A DNA stretch of 64,000 nucleotides from the human T2T-CHM13v2.0 reference genome, Homo sapiens. The notes below the pieces were generated by a model. That model ran no database searches. It had not been told where the DNA came from and saw only the letters and a list, made by a program, of their open reading frames with translations. The stretch is from assembly GCF_009914755.1 (NCBI RefSeq), contig NC_060947.1. One strand, 5' to 3'. This document shows, in pieces, positions 14,086 to 25,327 of this stretch (the first letter of the stretch is position 1; the number at the start of each line of letters is the position of its first letter). Both the position numbers and the translations under genes were made by a program.

Positions 14086-14606
14086 TGTGATGGTTAATTT
14101 TATGTGACAATTGGAGTGGGCCACAGGATGAGAAGATTAAACAGTGTTTCTGAGTGTGCCTGTGAGAATGTTTGTAACTGAGATTAGCATTTGAATCAGT
14201 GGACTCAGTAAAGTAGATAGCCCTCCTCCCAATTGTGGTTGGGTATCATCTAATCCATTGAGGACCTGAATAGAATAAAAGGCGAAGAAAAGAGTAATTT
14301 GTTCCCTTTTTTCCCTGACTCACTGCTTGATCTGGTACATTATATCTCATCTTCTCCAGCCCTCATACTGGGAGTTATATTATTGGCCCCCTCCTTGTTC
14401 TCAGGACTTCAGATTTGGACAGAATTATACCACCAACATTCTGGGGTCTCTAGCTTACAGATGGCAGAGCATGAAACGTCTCAGCCTCTATAATCACATG
14501 AGCCAATTCCTCATAATCAATTTTCTCTCCCTCTCTCTCAATCTCTCTCTCTCCACTTCTATCTCTATTTCCTATTGATTCTATTTGGAGAACCCTGACT
14601 AATACA
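14086..14606 (+). mobile_element. MLT2 LTR (3' LTR of the ERVL)
   Basis: tgtgatggttaattttatgtg...gagaaccctgactaataca. Confidence 0.9.
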
Positions 14607-16236
14607 AGGGAATGACATATTCTGGGACCAAGTTTTCTCCAGATTTCATCTCTTACTATTTACTTCTTCACTCACCGTACTTGAAACACATTTGATCTTT
14701 TTGCTGCTCCTTAATCATAACAAATTCATTTTTACCTTTTTGAGTTTGCATGATGTTCTTTCTGCCTGTAATTTCCTTCCCTGAGACATCCACATGGCAT
14801 TTTACCTTTCTTCATTCAGACTTCTACTTTGACATCACCTTCTCAGGCAGGCCTTTCTTCACGACTTTAATATAACACCTCTTTACTTTCTATTTATTTA
14901 TTTACATAAGCATCCTTCATATCCATTATAATCTATGTAATATTTTAAACTATATGCATCATTTATTTTCTGTGTGTATTCATCTCTAGAGTTTAAGTTC
15001 CATTTAGTGCAGGTGCTTTGTCTGTTTTGTCCCCTCATCTGTCTCCAAGGCTCAGAAATATTCTTGGCATATAAATATTAATAAATGATTGAATGAGTGA
15101 TTGAATTAATTAGTACATATAAAACAAATGGGAAATAAATAAAAGGAAAAGATATACAACAATTGTGTTTATCTCTAGGTAGATGAAATAGTAGGTCACT
15201 ATTGTTGCTTCCTTTCACTTATTGGCATCTTGTGCTTTTTAGTTAATGAGCATCTTTTAATATTAAAATGAGAAAATGTAATTAACATTATTTTCCATTA
15301 CAAATTTTATAGCCCATACCCTCAAGTGGGTAAATCAGTTGAATCCAAAGGTCAATATATTGATAACTCATTTATAAATGAATTTTTCTATACTTTGGAA
15401 GCTGTCACTTCAATGAAAGATAAGCATGCTAATTGAGTAACTGACAAAGGTAATGAGTAGAGAAATGAATAATGGTCAGTCTAAATTGCTTAAATATTAT
15501 GCAGATGTCAACAATAACTGAAATGGAAGAAGAATATTAATAAGCCTGAAAATATTACTTATGAAAAATATTTTGTGATGCCAAGAATTCTTTAGCAATT
15601 TCACTGAAAATATTTAATATATTGCATCTTGGATATTGAAGAAATATCCTATTTGAATCCATAATAAGAAAATCACCAGTACAGAGTTTTAATAAAGTCC
15701 TACTAGTTTTATTTTCAACCGATGTATGACTTTTTCTCCCTTGTTGTTTAGGAAATTTTTAGTATTTGCATGATGAAAAGATTAGCAGTCATGCTTTTTT
15801 CAGTCCATTTTAATCCAATTATTATTATTGATCATTTTCAATGTACAAAGCATTTTGTTGGGTACTGTGGAGCAAAGCAAAATATTCACTCACTTGTAAA
15901 AGTAGCAGCCATGTACACAATAAAGCATCAAGCAAGACAACAGTTCCTGTTGTAATATTAGAGGAACAAAGGCTCTGGGAGTATGGAAAGAGAGATATAT
16001 TTCAGGTTGGTGGTTGGGGAGGGCTGTCTAATAACAATCATAGGATGAGGATTTGAGTAGGGTCGAAGGATAAGCAGGCTTTTCATAGACAGGTAAGGAC
16101 CTGGGGTAGCGGAGGACATTTCTGACAAAATGAAGAGACTGAGCAAGGCCAAGAACAGGAACACAATGAAATGAATAAAGGAAGGTTTCATTGGAGGAGT
16201 AGAGTGAAAGGAAAACCTGGGAAAACAGTTGGTGCA

Positions 16237-16778
16237 AACTGTGTGCTGCTAAATTAACACTCAGCTCCCCAGAAAGCCCTCATTTGTAAGTTTTGTCAAT
16301 TTATGTTGTGATATGGTTTGGCTCCGTGTCTCCACCCATGTTGAATTGTTCTCCCATAAATCCCAAGTGTTGTGGGAGGGACCTGGTGGGAGATAATTTG
16401 AATCGTGGGGGCAGTTTCCCCATACTGTTCTCATGTAGTGAGTAAGTCTCATGAGATCTGATGATTTTATCAGGGGTTTCCGCTTTTGCATCTTCCCTAT
16501 TTTCTCTTGCCGCCTCCATGTAAGTGCCTTTCGCCTCCCACCATGATTCTGAGGCCTCCCCAGCCATGTGAAACTGTAAGTCCAATTAAACCTCTTTTTC
16601 TTCCCAGTCTGGGGTATGTCTTTATCAGCAGCATGAAAACAGACTAATACATATAGTACAAATATTCTCACCATGGCCAATTTCAAGCTGCTAACATATG
16701 CCACTGAACACAGAATCGGGAAGGGATGCTCTTCATGGACTCCCACAAGCTGTATGAGACAGCTCCCACATGCCCCTG
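16237..16778 (-). mobile_element. MER63A hAT MITE split by THE1B
   Basis: gccctcatttgtaag and caccatggccaatttcaagctgctaac...gggaagggatgc match the MER63 reverse complement. Confidence 0.75.
16309..16651 (+). mobile_element. THE1B solo LTR
   Basis: tgatatggtttggct...atcaggggtttccgcttttgc...cagactaataca. Confidence 0.92.
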
Positions 16779-17214
16779 CATTTGGCTCAAATTATGTGGA
16801 GATTTATAGAGGATAAAAAGTCACTGAATTACTTTGAACCAGGAAATGGAATAATCAAACATATTTTGGGACAAGAATTGGAAGCAAGTTTCTTAAAGTA
16901 CTGGGGAAATATAATCTAGATTGGGAAACAAATCAAAAATAACAGTCTCTTTTAAAAGTCTTTCTGAGAGACAATGAAGGCCTATTTTAAAGTAGACACA
17001 AGGAAGAAATACACGTTAGAAAGTATAGGCGGCAGATTAAATAATGTGAGAAGAAGTAGAAAAAGTGCAAAATAATTCCCAAGTTTCTAACTTGCATGCC
17101 TTAGTGGATAGTAGTACCTTCAGTCGTTATAAGGAACAGAGGGGGAATCAATGTTGCCTAGGGATGGTTAAAATGAAAGGAGGTGAAGAGAAGACAATTT
17201 TCGGTTCACACTTC

Positions 17215-17340
17215 TGGAATGGAAGCTCCCATGTGAGCAGGGACCTTGTCTTTTCTTTTTCCACTATTATATTTTAGTGCTGAGGACAATACCTGAAAAC
17301 ATACAGGCACCTTGTAAATATTTGTTAAAGAAATGATTAA
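17215..17340 (+). mobile_element. L2 3' end fragment
   Basis: aagctcccatgtgagcagggaccttgtc...aaatatttgttaaag. Confidence 0.6.
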
Positions 17341-17997
17341 ACTACAGTCTAAGTTTGGCATTTTGAAGGATAATTTTATCAGCTAATTGCCATGAAAACT
17401 TCACTTTTGCTTGAAATGCTTTCTTCAGAACCTCATTACACTTAGTGAGTCTTTTAGACACTAAGAGAAATGAAGTCAATGAATCCATATGTTGTTCAAT
17501 CTCATTTCTTTTATTCTTAATGAGTCTATATTGATGTTGCCAAAAAAAGTAGGTTGCAAGGACATAGATGTGGCTTTTATAAATTAATCTCTGTGTCCTC
17601 TTCCAAATATCTAGGACAATATCACAGACACACTGGAGAGTCAAAAATTATTAACTTATAACAACAATACTGATAATCTGGCCATTACAAAAAAATTCTA
17701 GAAAGCTCTATAGCATTCTATTTTAATAGAAATATAACATTGTAATAGCAACATGTACAGAATTAATGGTAATTTAAGCATCAGAGCTTTGTTGGCATAC
17801 ATTTGAAAAATATAAGAAAAACCTTTTTCTCTGCTATACAAATGCACTGTCCTGGAAAGAATAAATCACAACCAGAAATAAGCATTAAGACTGTGTCACA
17901 GATCTACCCACAGAAATTAAAAACTAAAAGTAAGAATGCTTCATAGTATTTCTTAGATCAATGAGCAATATCCAATAAGCCTATATGTTGCCACTTA

Positions 17998-18140
17998 TGA
18001 AAGGAAAATTAATCTCGGGAACCCCAAATCACTAAGCCAAGGAAAAAGTCGAGTGGGGAACTATGTCAGGCAAAGCTGCCTCCCATTTTATTCCTAAATA
18101 AGAAGCTACAAAAATTAAAAAGCTCCCTACCTCCCTCATA
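17998..18140 (+). mobile_element. ERV1 (MER4-group) LTR 5' fragment
   Basis: tgaaaggaaaattaatctcgggaaccccaaatcactaagccaaggaaaaagtc. Confidence 0.65.
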
Positions 18141-21100
18141 TAGCAAAATAGACAGCTTTACCAATCATCCCCACAACAAGGACACAAAATTAACAATTAT
18201 CTACACTAAATAAATACCTTCATAAGAACCAAAAATCGTAATACCTAGCTTTATCTTCATATTGCTGAAAGAGGCCCTGAAGAGAGACAGAGAAAAGAAA
18301 AGCCTCAAATCGCCCATGTCTGCACTTCCCCAGCTCTCAGCAGTGGCAGCATGGCGCAGAGAGTGTCTCTGGGTGCTGAAGGAGGGAGAACACAGCAATT
18401 GTGAGGGATTGAACTCAGTGATGTCCTGTTAGAGCAGAAACAAAAATCAAACCAAACTTAGCTGATGGCCACCCATGGAGAGGGCATTGAAACCAGCCCT
18501 AGCCAGAGGGAAATCACTGATCCTAAGAGTCAGGACTTAAGTTCTCCCAAATCTTGCCACCAAGGGCTAAACTGCTCTTGGTCTCTAAGTAACCTGGAAA
18601 GGCAGTCTCGGCCATAAAATCTGCAACTTTTAGGTGAGTCATAGTGTTGAACTGGCCTTAAAGACGATGGACCGGGAAGACACACAACCCACTGAGACAC
18701 CAGCTGAAGGGGCAAAGGAAATGCTGGCATCACCCCTTCCCGAATTCAAGGCTGCACAGCTTGCGGGTCAAAAAGAGACCCATTCCTTCCACTTTAGTAG
18801 AGGAAAGGGAAGAGTGGGGAGGACTTTGTCTTGCATGTTGGCTACTAGCTCAGCCACTGAAGGGATAGGGCACCAATCTGAGTCATGAGGCTCACATTCC
18901 AGGCCCTAGTACCCTGATAACATTTCTAGACACACTCTGGGCCAGAATAAAATCAATTTCCTGAAGGAAAGCACTCAGTTCTGGCAGCATTCATCACCCG
19001 CTAACTGAAGAGCCCCTGGGCCCTGAATAGCCAGCAGTGATACACAGTTACTACCCCTAGTGGCCTTGGGTGACCCTCTGAGACTTACTGGCTTTTGGTG
19101 AAACTCAGCACATTACCATGTGTGGTGGTTACTGAGCAAAACACCTTGTGCTTGAGAAAAACAGAGGAAAAATAAAGGGGACTTTGCTTTGCACATTAGG
19201 TACCAGCACAGCCATAGAAGGTGTAGCACCAAGTGGCCTCTTAAGCTCCCTGATGCCAGGACTTGACCCTTGGATAGCATTTCTGGACCTGCTCTTGGCC
19301 AAAGGGGAGTCTACATCCCTTAAGTGGGAGTACCAAGCTCAGCATCGTTCACCACAAGCTGACTGAAGAGTCCTTGGACATTAATGGAACATTGGCAGTA
19401 GTCTGACAGTACTCCCCATGGCCTGTGCTGGTGGTGGAAACAAGGAGTTCTCCCCTGCCTTTGGAAAGGGGAAAAAAGAGTGAGAAAAACTGTATCTTGT
19501 GGTTTGAGGGTTGGTCCAGTGGCACTACAACAGAACACCAGAGAGACTTTTAAGATTTATGACTCCAGTTCTTGACGCCCAGAAGGCACCTCTAGACCCA
19601 AGTGAGGCTTGGGAGAACTTGCCACCATGAAGGGGAAGACACAGGCCTGGCTGGCTTTGCCACCTGCTGATTGTAGAGCCCAAGGGACTTAAGCAAACAA
19701 AGGCAGTAGCCAGAGAGTGGTTACAGCAGGCCTTGGGCAAGACAGTGCTATGCTGCCTTTCGGTCCGACTCAGTTCACTCCCAGGAGTGGTGAACACAGG
19801 TGTACTTGTAACTCCACCCCCAGCTTTAGGTGGCTCAGAACAGAGAGAGAGAGACTCTGTATGTTTGGGAGAAAGTGAGGAAAGAGAACAGAATGAGAGC
19901 AGTCTAATACAGTAAATTTGTACCAGGGAGTGGGGCGCTGATGTAAAGATACCTGAAAATGTGGAAGCAACTTTGGAGCTGGGTAATAGGCAGGCAGACA
20001 TTGGAACAGTTTGGAGGTCTCAGAAGAAGGCAGGAAAATGTGGGGATGTTTGGAACTTCCTAGCGACTTGGAAGGCTCAGAAGACAGGAAGATGTGGGAA
20101 AGTTTGAAACTTCCTAGAGACTTGTTGAATGGCTTTGACCAAAATGCTGATAGTGATATAGACGATAAGGTCCAGGCTGTGCTGGTCTCAGATGGAATTG
20201 AGGAATGTGTTGGGAACTGGAGTAAAGGTCACTCCTTCTATGCAAAGAGGCTGGCAGCATTTTGCCCCTGCCCCAGAGATCTATGGAACTTTGAACTTAA
20301 GAGAGACGATTTAAGGTATTTGGGGTAAAATGTTTTTAAGTGGTGAAGTGTTCAAGAAGAAGCAGAGCATAAAAGTTTGGAGAATTTGCAGTCTGAGGAT
20401 GTGATAGAAAAGAAAACCCCATTTTGTGGGGAGAAATTCAAGCTGGCTGCAGAAATTTTTATAAGTAAATGAGGTGCCAAATGTTAATCACCAAGACAAA
20501 GGGGAAAATGTCTCCAGAGCATGTCAGAGAACTTCAAAGCATCCCCTCTTATCACAGGCCCAGAGGCCTAGAAGGGAAAAATGGTTTCCTGGGCTGAGCC
20601 CAGGGCCTCCTTTGCTGTGTGCAGCCTTGAGACTTGGTGCCCTGTGTCCCAGCCACTCAAGCTGTGGCTGAAAGGGGCCCACATAAAGCTCAGGCTGTGT
20701 CTTCACGGGGTGGAAGCCCCAAGCCTTGGCAGCTTTCACATGGTGTTGAGCCTGTGGGTGCAGAGAAGTCAAGAATCACGGTTTGGGAACCTCTGCCTAG
20801 ATTTTAGAGGATGTATGGAGACACCTGGAGGTCCAGGCAGAGGTGTGCTGCAGGGGTGGGGCCTTCATGGAGAACCTCAGCCACAGCAGTGAGGAAGGGA
20901 AATGTGGGGCCAGAGCCTTCACACAGAGTTTCCACTGGGGCACTGCCTAGTGGAGCTGTGAGTAGAGGGCTACCGTACTCCAGACCCCAGAATAGTAGAT
21001 TCACCAACAGCTTGCACTGTGTTCCTGGAAAAGCCACAGACAATGGCAGCCCATCAAAGCAGCCAGGAGGGAGCTGTACCCTGCTAAGCCATAGAGGCAG

Positions 21101-22740
21101 AGCTGCCCAAAGCCATGGGAATTCACCTCTTGCATCAGCATGACCTGGATGTGAGACATGGAGCCAAAGGAAATCATTTTGGAGCTTTAAGATTTGACTG
21201 CCCTGCTGGATTTTGGACTTGCTTGGGGCCTGTAGCCCCTTCATTTTTGCCAATTTATCACATTCGGAATGGGTATATTTACCCAACGCCTATACCTCCA
21301 TTGTATCTAGGAAGTAATTAACTTGCTTTTGATTTTACAGGCTCATAGGGAGAAGGGACTTGCCTTGTTTCAGATGAAAGTTTAGAATGTGGACTTTTGA
21401 TTTAATGCTGAAATGAATTAAGACTTTGGGGGACTGTTGGGAAGACATGATTGGTTTTGAAATGTGAGAAGAACATGAGATTTAGGAGTGGCCCGGGGCA
21501 GGATGATATAGTTTGGTTCTGTCCCCACCTAAATCTCATCTTGTATTGGAGCTCCCATAATCCCTATGTGTCAAGGGAGGGACCTGGTGGGAGGTAATTG
21601 AATCATGGGGGCAGGTTTTCCTGTGCAGTTCTTATGATAGGGAATAAGTCTCATGAGATCTGATAGTTTCATAAAGGGCAGTTCAGGCAAACAGTCTCTT
21701 GCCTGCCGCCATGTAAGATGTACCATTGCTCTTTCTTTGCCTTCCACTATGATTGTGAGGCCTCCCCAGCCATGTTGTACTGTGAGTCAATTAAACCTCT
21801 TTTCTTTATAAATTACCTAGTCTCAGGTATATCTTTATTAGCAGCGTGAGAATGGACTAATAGAGGAAACAAAAGAAAAAAGAATAAAAAACAATGAAGC
21901 ACACCTACAATATCTAGAAAATAGCCTAAAAAGGACAAATCGTAGAGTTATTGTCTTTGAAAAGGAGATAGACAAAGAGGGCAAAAAGTGTAATCAAAGG
22001 GATAAAAACAGAGAACTTCTAAAACCTAGAGAAAGATATTAATATCCAAGTTCAGGAAGGTTGTAGAATGCCAAGCAGATTTAGCCTAAAGGAAACTACC
22101 TCAAGGAATTTAATATTCAAACTCCCAAATTCCAAGGGTAAGGAAAGGATCCTTAAAGCAGCGAGAAAAAAATAAACAAATAACATACAAAGGAGCTCCA
22201 AGACATCTGACAGCAGACATTTCAGTGGAAACCTTACAGGCCAGGATAGATTGGCTTCACATATATGAAGTGCTGAAGAAAAAGAAAAAAAAAACACTTT
22301 GTGCTAGAATAGTATATCCAGTGAAAATGTCCTTCAAATTTAAAGGAGAAATACAGACTTCTCCAGAGAAACAAAAACTGAGGGACTTCATCAGTATCAG
22401 ACCATCCTATAAAAAGGTGGTTTTTTGGAAAGTTAAAAAAAGTCTACAAACCTCTAGCCAGACAAACTAAGAAGAAAAGAGAGATCAAATAAATGAAATC
22501 AGAAGTAAGAATGGTTACATTACAAATGTACTACAGAAATTGAAATGATCATTAGTGGCTACTATGAGTAACCATATGCTAATGAATTGGAAAACCTAGA
22601 AGAAATCGACAAATTCCTAAACACATATAACCTACCAACACTGAACCAGGAGGAAATTCAAAACCTGAACAGACCAATAACAAGTCATGAGGTAGAATCT
22701 GTAATAAAATTCTCCCAGTAGTGAAAAGCCTGGCATCTGA
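18141..22740 (+). mobile_element. L1M (L1MA/PB-era) 5'UTR (18141-19890), then ORF1/ORF2 pieces (21865-22740), interrupted by THE1
   Basis: L1M1/M2-type 5'UTR repeats; ORF1-like RIVYPVKMSFKFKGEIQTSPEKQKLRDFIS (ORF 22225-22470). Confidence 0.8.
19892..21864 (+). mobile_element. THE1D-like provirus: ~20-bp stub of 5' LTR, internal region 19912-21502, 3' LTR 21503-21864
   Basis: ctaataca|gtaaatttgtaccag junction; MaLR ORF fragments (KMWESLKLPRDLLNGFDQNAD); complete 3' LTR. Confidence 0.9.
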
Positions 22741-23149
22741 TGTTCATTAGTAGCTATAGTCCATTTTGGGAACTATATTTACTATTTAACATAAAACAAT
22801 TTACCCTTTGAAATGAATTCACATGGTTTTAAAATATACCTTATGGTAACCTTAATTTTGCTCTGTATTTTTGTGAGTCATGCATATTTTTGGAGTTAAC
22901 ATATTTCTGGAATAATCTAATGGCACATCTTCTCCCATTTAGTCCTTTTTTCTGTTTATTTCTCATTTTTAGTCTACATCAAAAAGAACATTTTTAAGGT
23001 TAACAAATGACATTTTCCAAAAGAAATACAAGTCTGTATCATTATAAGTATACTTCATGATTTCTTTTCAACATGGATAGCTAAGGCCAATCTTGGTTTC
23101 TAAGTAATAATGGCCTAAAAAATCAATCTCTAATGGATGAACTTAGAGG

Positions 23150-23365
23150 TAAGTTCATTGTTCACTGTGGTAAGTGAAATAAGCTAGGCAGAGAAAGACA
23201 AATGGTTCATACTCTCACTCATAGGTGGGAGCTAAAAACGTTGAATTCATAGAGGTAGAGAGTAAAATGGCATTTATTAGAGACTGGGAACAGTATGAGA
23301 GAGGGAGATGAAAAGAGGTTGGTTACTGGGTGCAAAAATACAGTTAGATAAAAATCAACCTCTCT
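23150..23365 (+). mobile_element. L1MA 3' fragment
   Basis: taagtgaaataagctaggcagagaaagacaaat. Confidence 0.75.
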
Positions 23366-24244
23366 ATGTAAACAATCTAACCTCCAAAACATCAACAAAC
23401 TGTGAAATACCATGAAAGTGTTCAGGCAAAATATATATTATCATGCCAACTAAACTGAAAACTTAAATGATAAGAGTTGCAAGTTCTGTTTTCTCACAAA
23501 ACATTTGAAAAGTTATTAATAAAGTAACTATAGTGTGAAATAGGAGAGAAATGTGATGGCTCCCCCAGGTATTTTCAAGAATAAAGCAGCTTGGAGGTGA
23601 ATGGTCTGAATGGTCGGCAGAAGAAGGAGATACATAAAATGTTACGTATTACTTTGTGGAGAGTTGGTTAAATCACAAACAATATTTAATACTCCCTTTA
23701 TAATGCCTAGTTGAGTGAGTATCACCAGACAACAGAATTGATTTAATGATTGTTAGACAGGTTGTTAGAGAAGGCATCTCTGGTATAGGAGAAGAAAAAT
23801 ACATTGCTTCAATTAGTAGAAATAGTGTTTGCTAGATCAATGAAATCAGGGATACATGTAGAAATAACACATTGCAGAAAAAGAAAACAGGAAAAGGACA
23901 AAGAGACGGTAGAGTATTTGCACTCTAGTAAACAACAGGAATGAAGTGTGTGAAGAATGCAGTTGAATTTGACCAAATTAAGCAGAGGTTATAACAGACT
24001 GAACTCCATAGACGTCACTTCTTGTTGTCCAGGCTATTTTCTGTGCCCTTCAGAATTAGCTTCTAATAATTAAAAAAAGCTTATAAAATGAAGTAAATAG
24101 TAATCAGAAAGTATATCAGGAGTCAGAGTAAAATATGGTCCAGCAAACTCCACCTTCAGGGTATGAAAAGGAAAGAATTTGTTAGGGGTTTTGTTCAATA
24201 GACAAAGTATAAGATTATACATACAGACATTTAAATTACTTTGA

Positions 24245-25085
24245 AAAGACATGCAAGCAGCCAAAACAAATATGAAAAATGCTCCACGTAACTAATCATC
24301 AGATAAATGCATATTAAAACCACAATAAGATATCATCTTACAACAGTCATAATAGTTATTATTAAAAAGTCAAAAATCAACAGATGTTGGTGAGGATGTG
24401 GAGAAAAGGAAACATACACTGTTGGTGGGAATGTAAATGACTATAACGTCTATGTAAAATAATATGTAGAGTTTTCAAAGAACTAAAGGCACCTACACTT
24501 GTTTGTCTATCACAGCACTATTCACAATAGTAAAGATATGAACTCAACCTTCATTTCCATTGATGAAGAATTGAATAAACCAAATGTGGTGTGTGTGTGT
24601 GTGTGTGTGTGTGCATATATATATATATATACACACATATATATACACATAATGTGAATCTATATAATGTATCTATATCCCTAATACACTCCCCCACACA
24701 CACACCGTGGAATACTACTCAGCCATGAAAAGAATGAAATAATGTATTATGAAGCAACATTGATAGAACTGGAGGGCATTATCCTAAGTAAAATAACTCA
24801 GAAACAAAAAGTCAAATACCACATGTCCTCACTTATAAGTGGGAGCTAAACAATGCATACACATGGAAATACAAATTGGAATAACACATTGGAGACTCCA
24901 AAAGGTGGAAGAGTAAGAGGGGGGTGGGGGGAGTACCTATTGGATACCTATCGGATCCAATGGTATTGGATACAATGTACATTATTTAGGTGATGGGTAC
25001 ACTTAAAGCCCAGACTTCACCACTACACAATATATCCATTTAACTAAATTGCACTTGTACCCCCTAAATCTATTGAAAAATTACA
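24245..25085 (+). mobile_element. L1MA/L1PB 3' end with internal (TG)n(TA)n at ~24587-24650
   Basis: ORF2 C-terminal motifs and 3'UTR aagcccagacttcaccactacacaatatatccat. Confidence 0.85.
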
Positions 25086-25256
25086 TAAAATTGTACTGAA
25101 CCTGCATACAAGATATTTTCAATATCATAGCCACATAACTGACTTTATTTTAGTCAATGTCAATAAATGAAATATTTCATGCATCATATTATCATGCCCC
25201 TTCCACCTCATCCATTACTTCATGGAAGAATATCCTAGCACTGAAAGAAGGTAGAG

Positions 25257-25327
25257 GTTTTACGATTGTGCCAGTGCACTCCAGAATGGGCACTACTAGA
25301 AGATGTTACCTCAAACAAAAATAAAAA
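25257..25327 (+). mobile_element. Extremely 5'-truncated Alu/FLAM 3' end with 13-bp TSD
   Basis: gattgtgccagtgcactccag plus A-tail; TSD aaagaaggtagag at 25244-25256 and 25328-25340. Confidence 0.8.

Larger units (their letters stand above)
12110..15110 (+). mobile_element. L2 pieces (12110-12470 and 14640-15110) flanking the ERVL insertion
   Basis: L2 ORF2-like and 3' end motifs (aataaatgattgaatgagtga). Confidence 0.6.
15830..17200 (-). mobile_element. Degenerate L2, interrupted by MER63 and THE1B
   Basis: Purine-rich antisense L2 motifs (aataattcccaagtttctaacttgcatgcc). Confidence 0.45.

Noticed and set aside
17342-17644. 100-aa minus-strand ORF in non-repeat sequence
   Set aside because: Non-ATG start, no recognisable domain, no clear splice context; consistent with chance
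19991-20115. ~57-bp tandem duplication in THE1 internal region
   Set aside because: As I recall, this is a feature of THE1C/D internal consensus sequences rather than locus-specific
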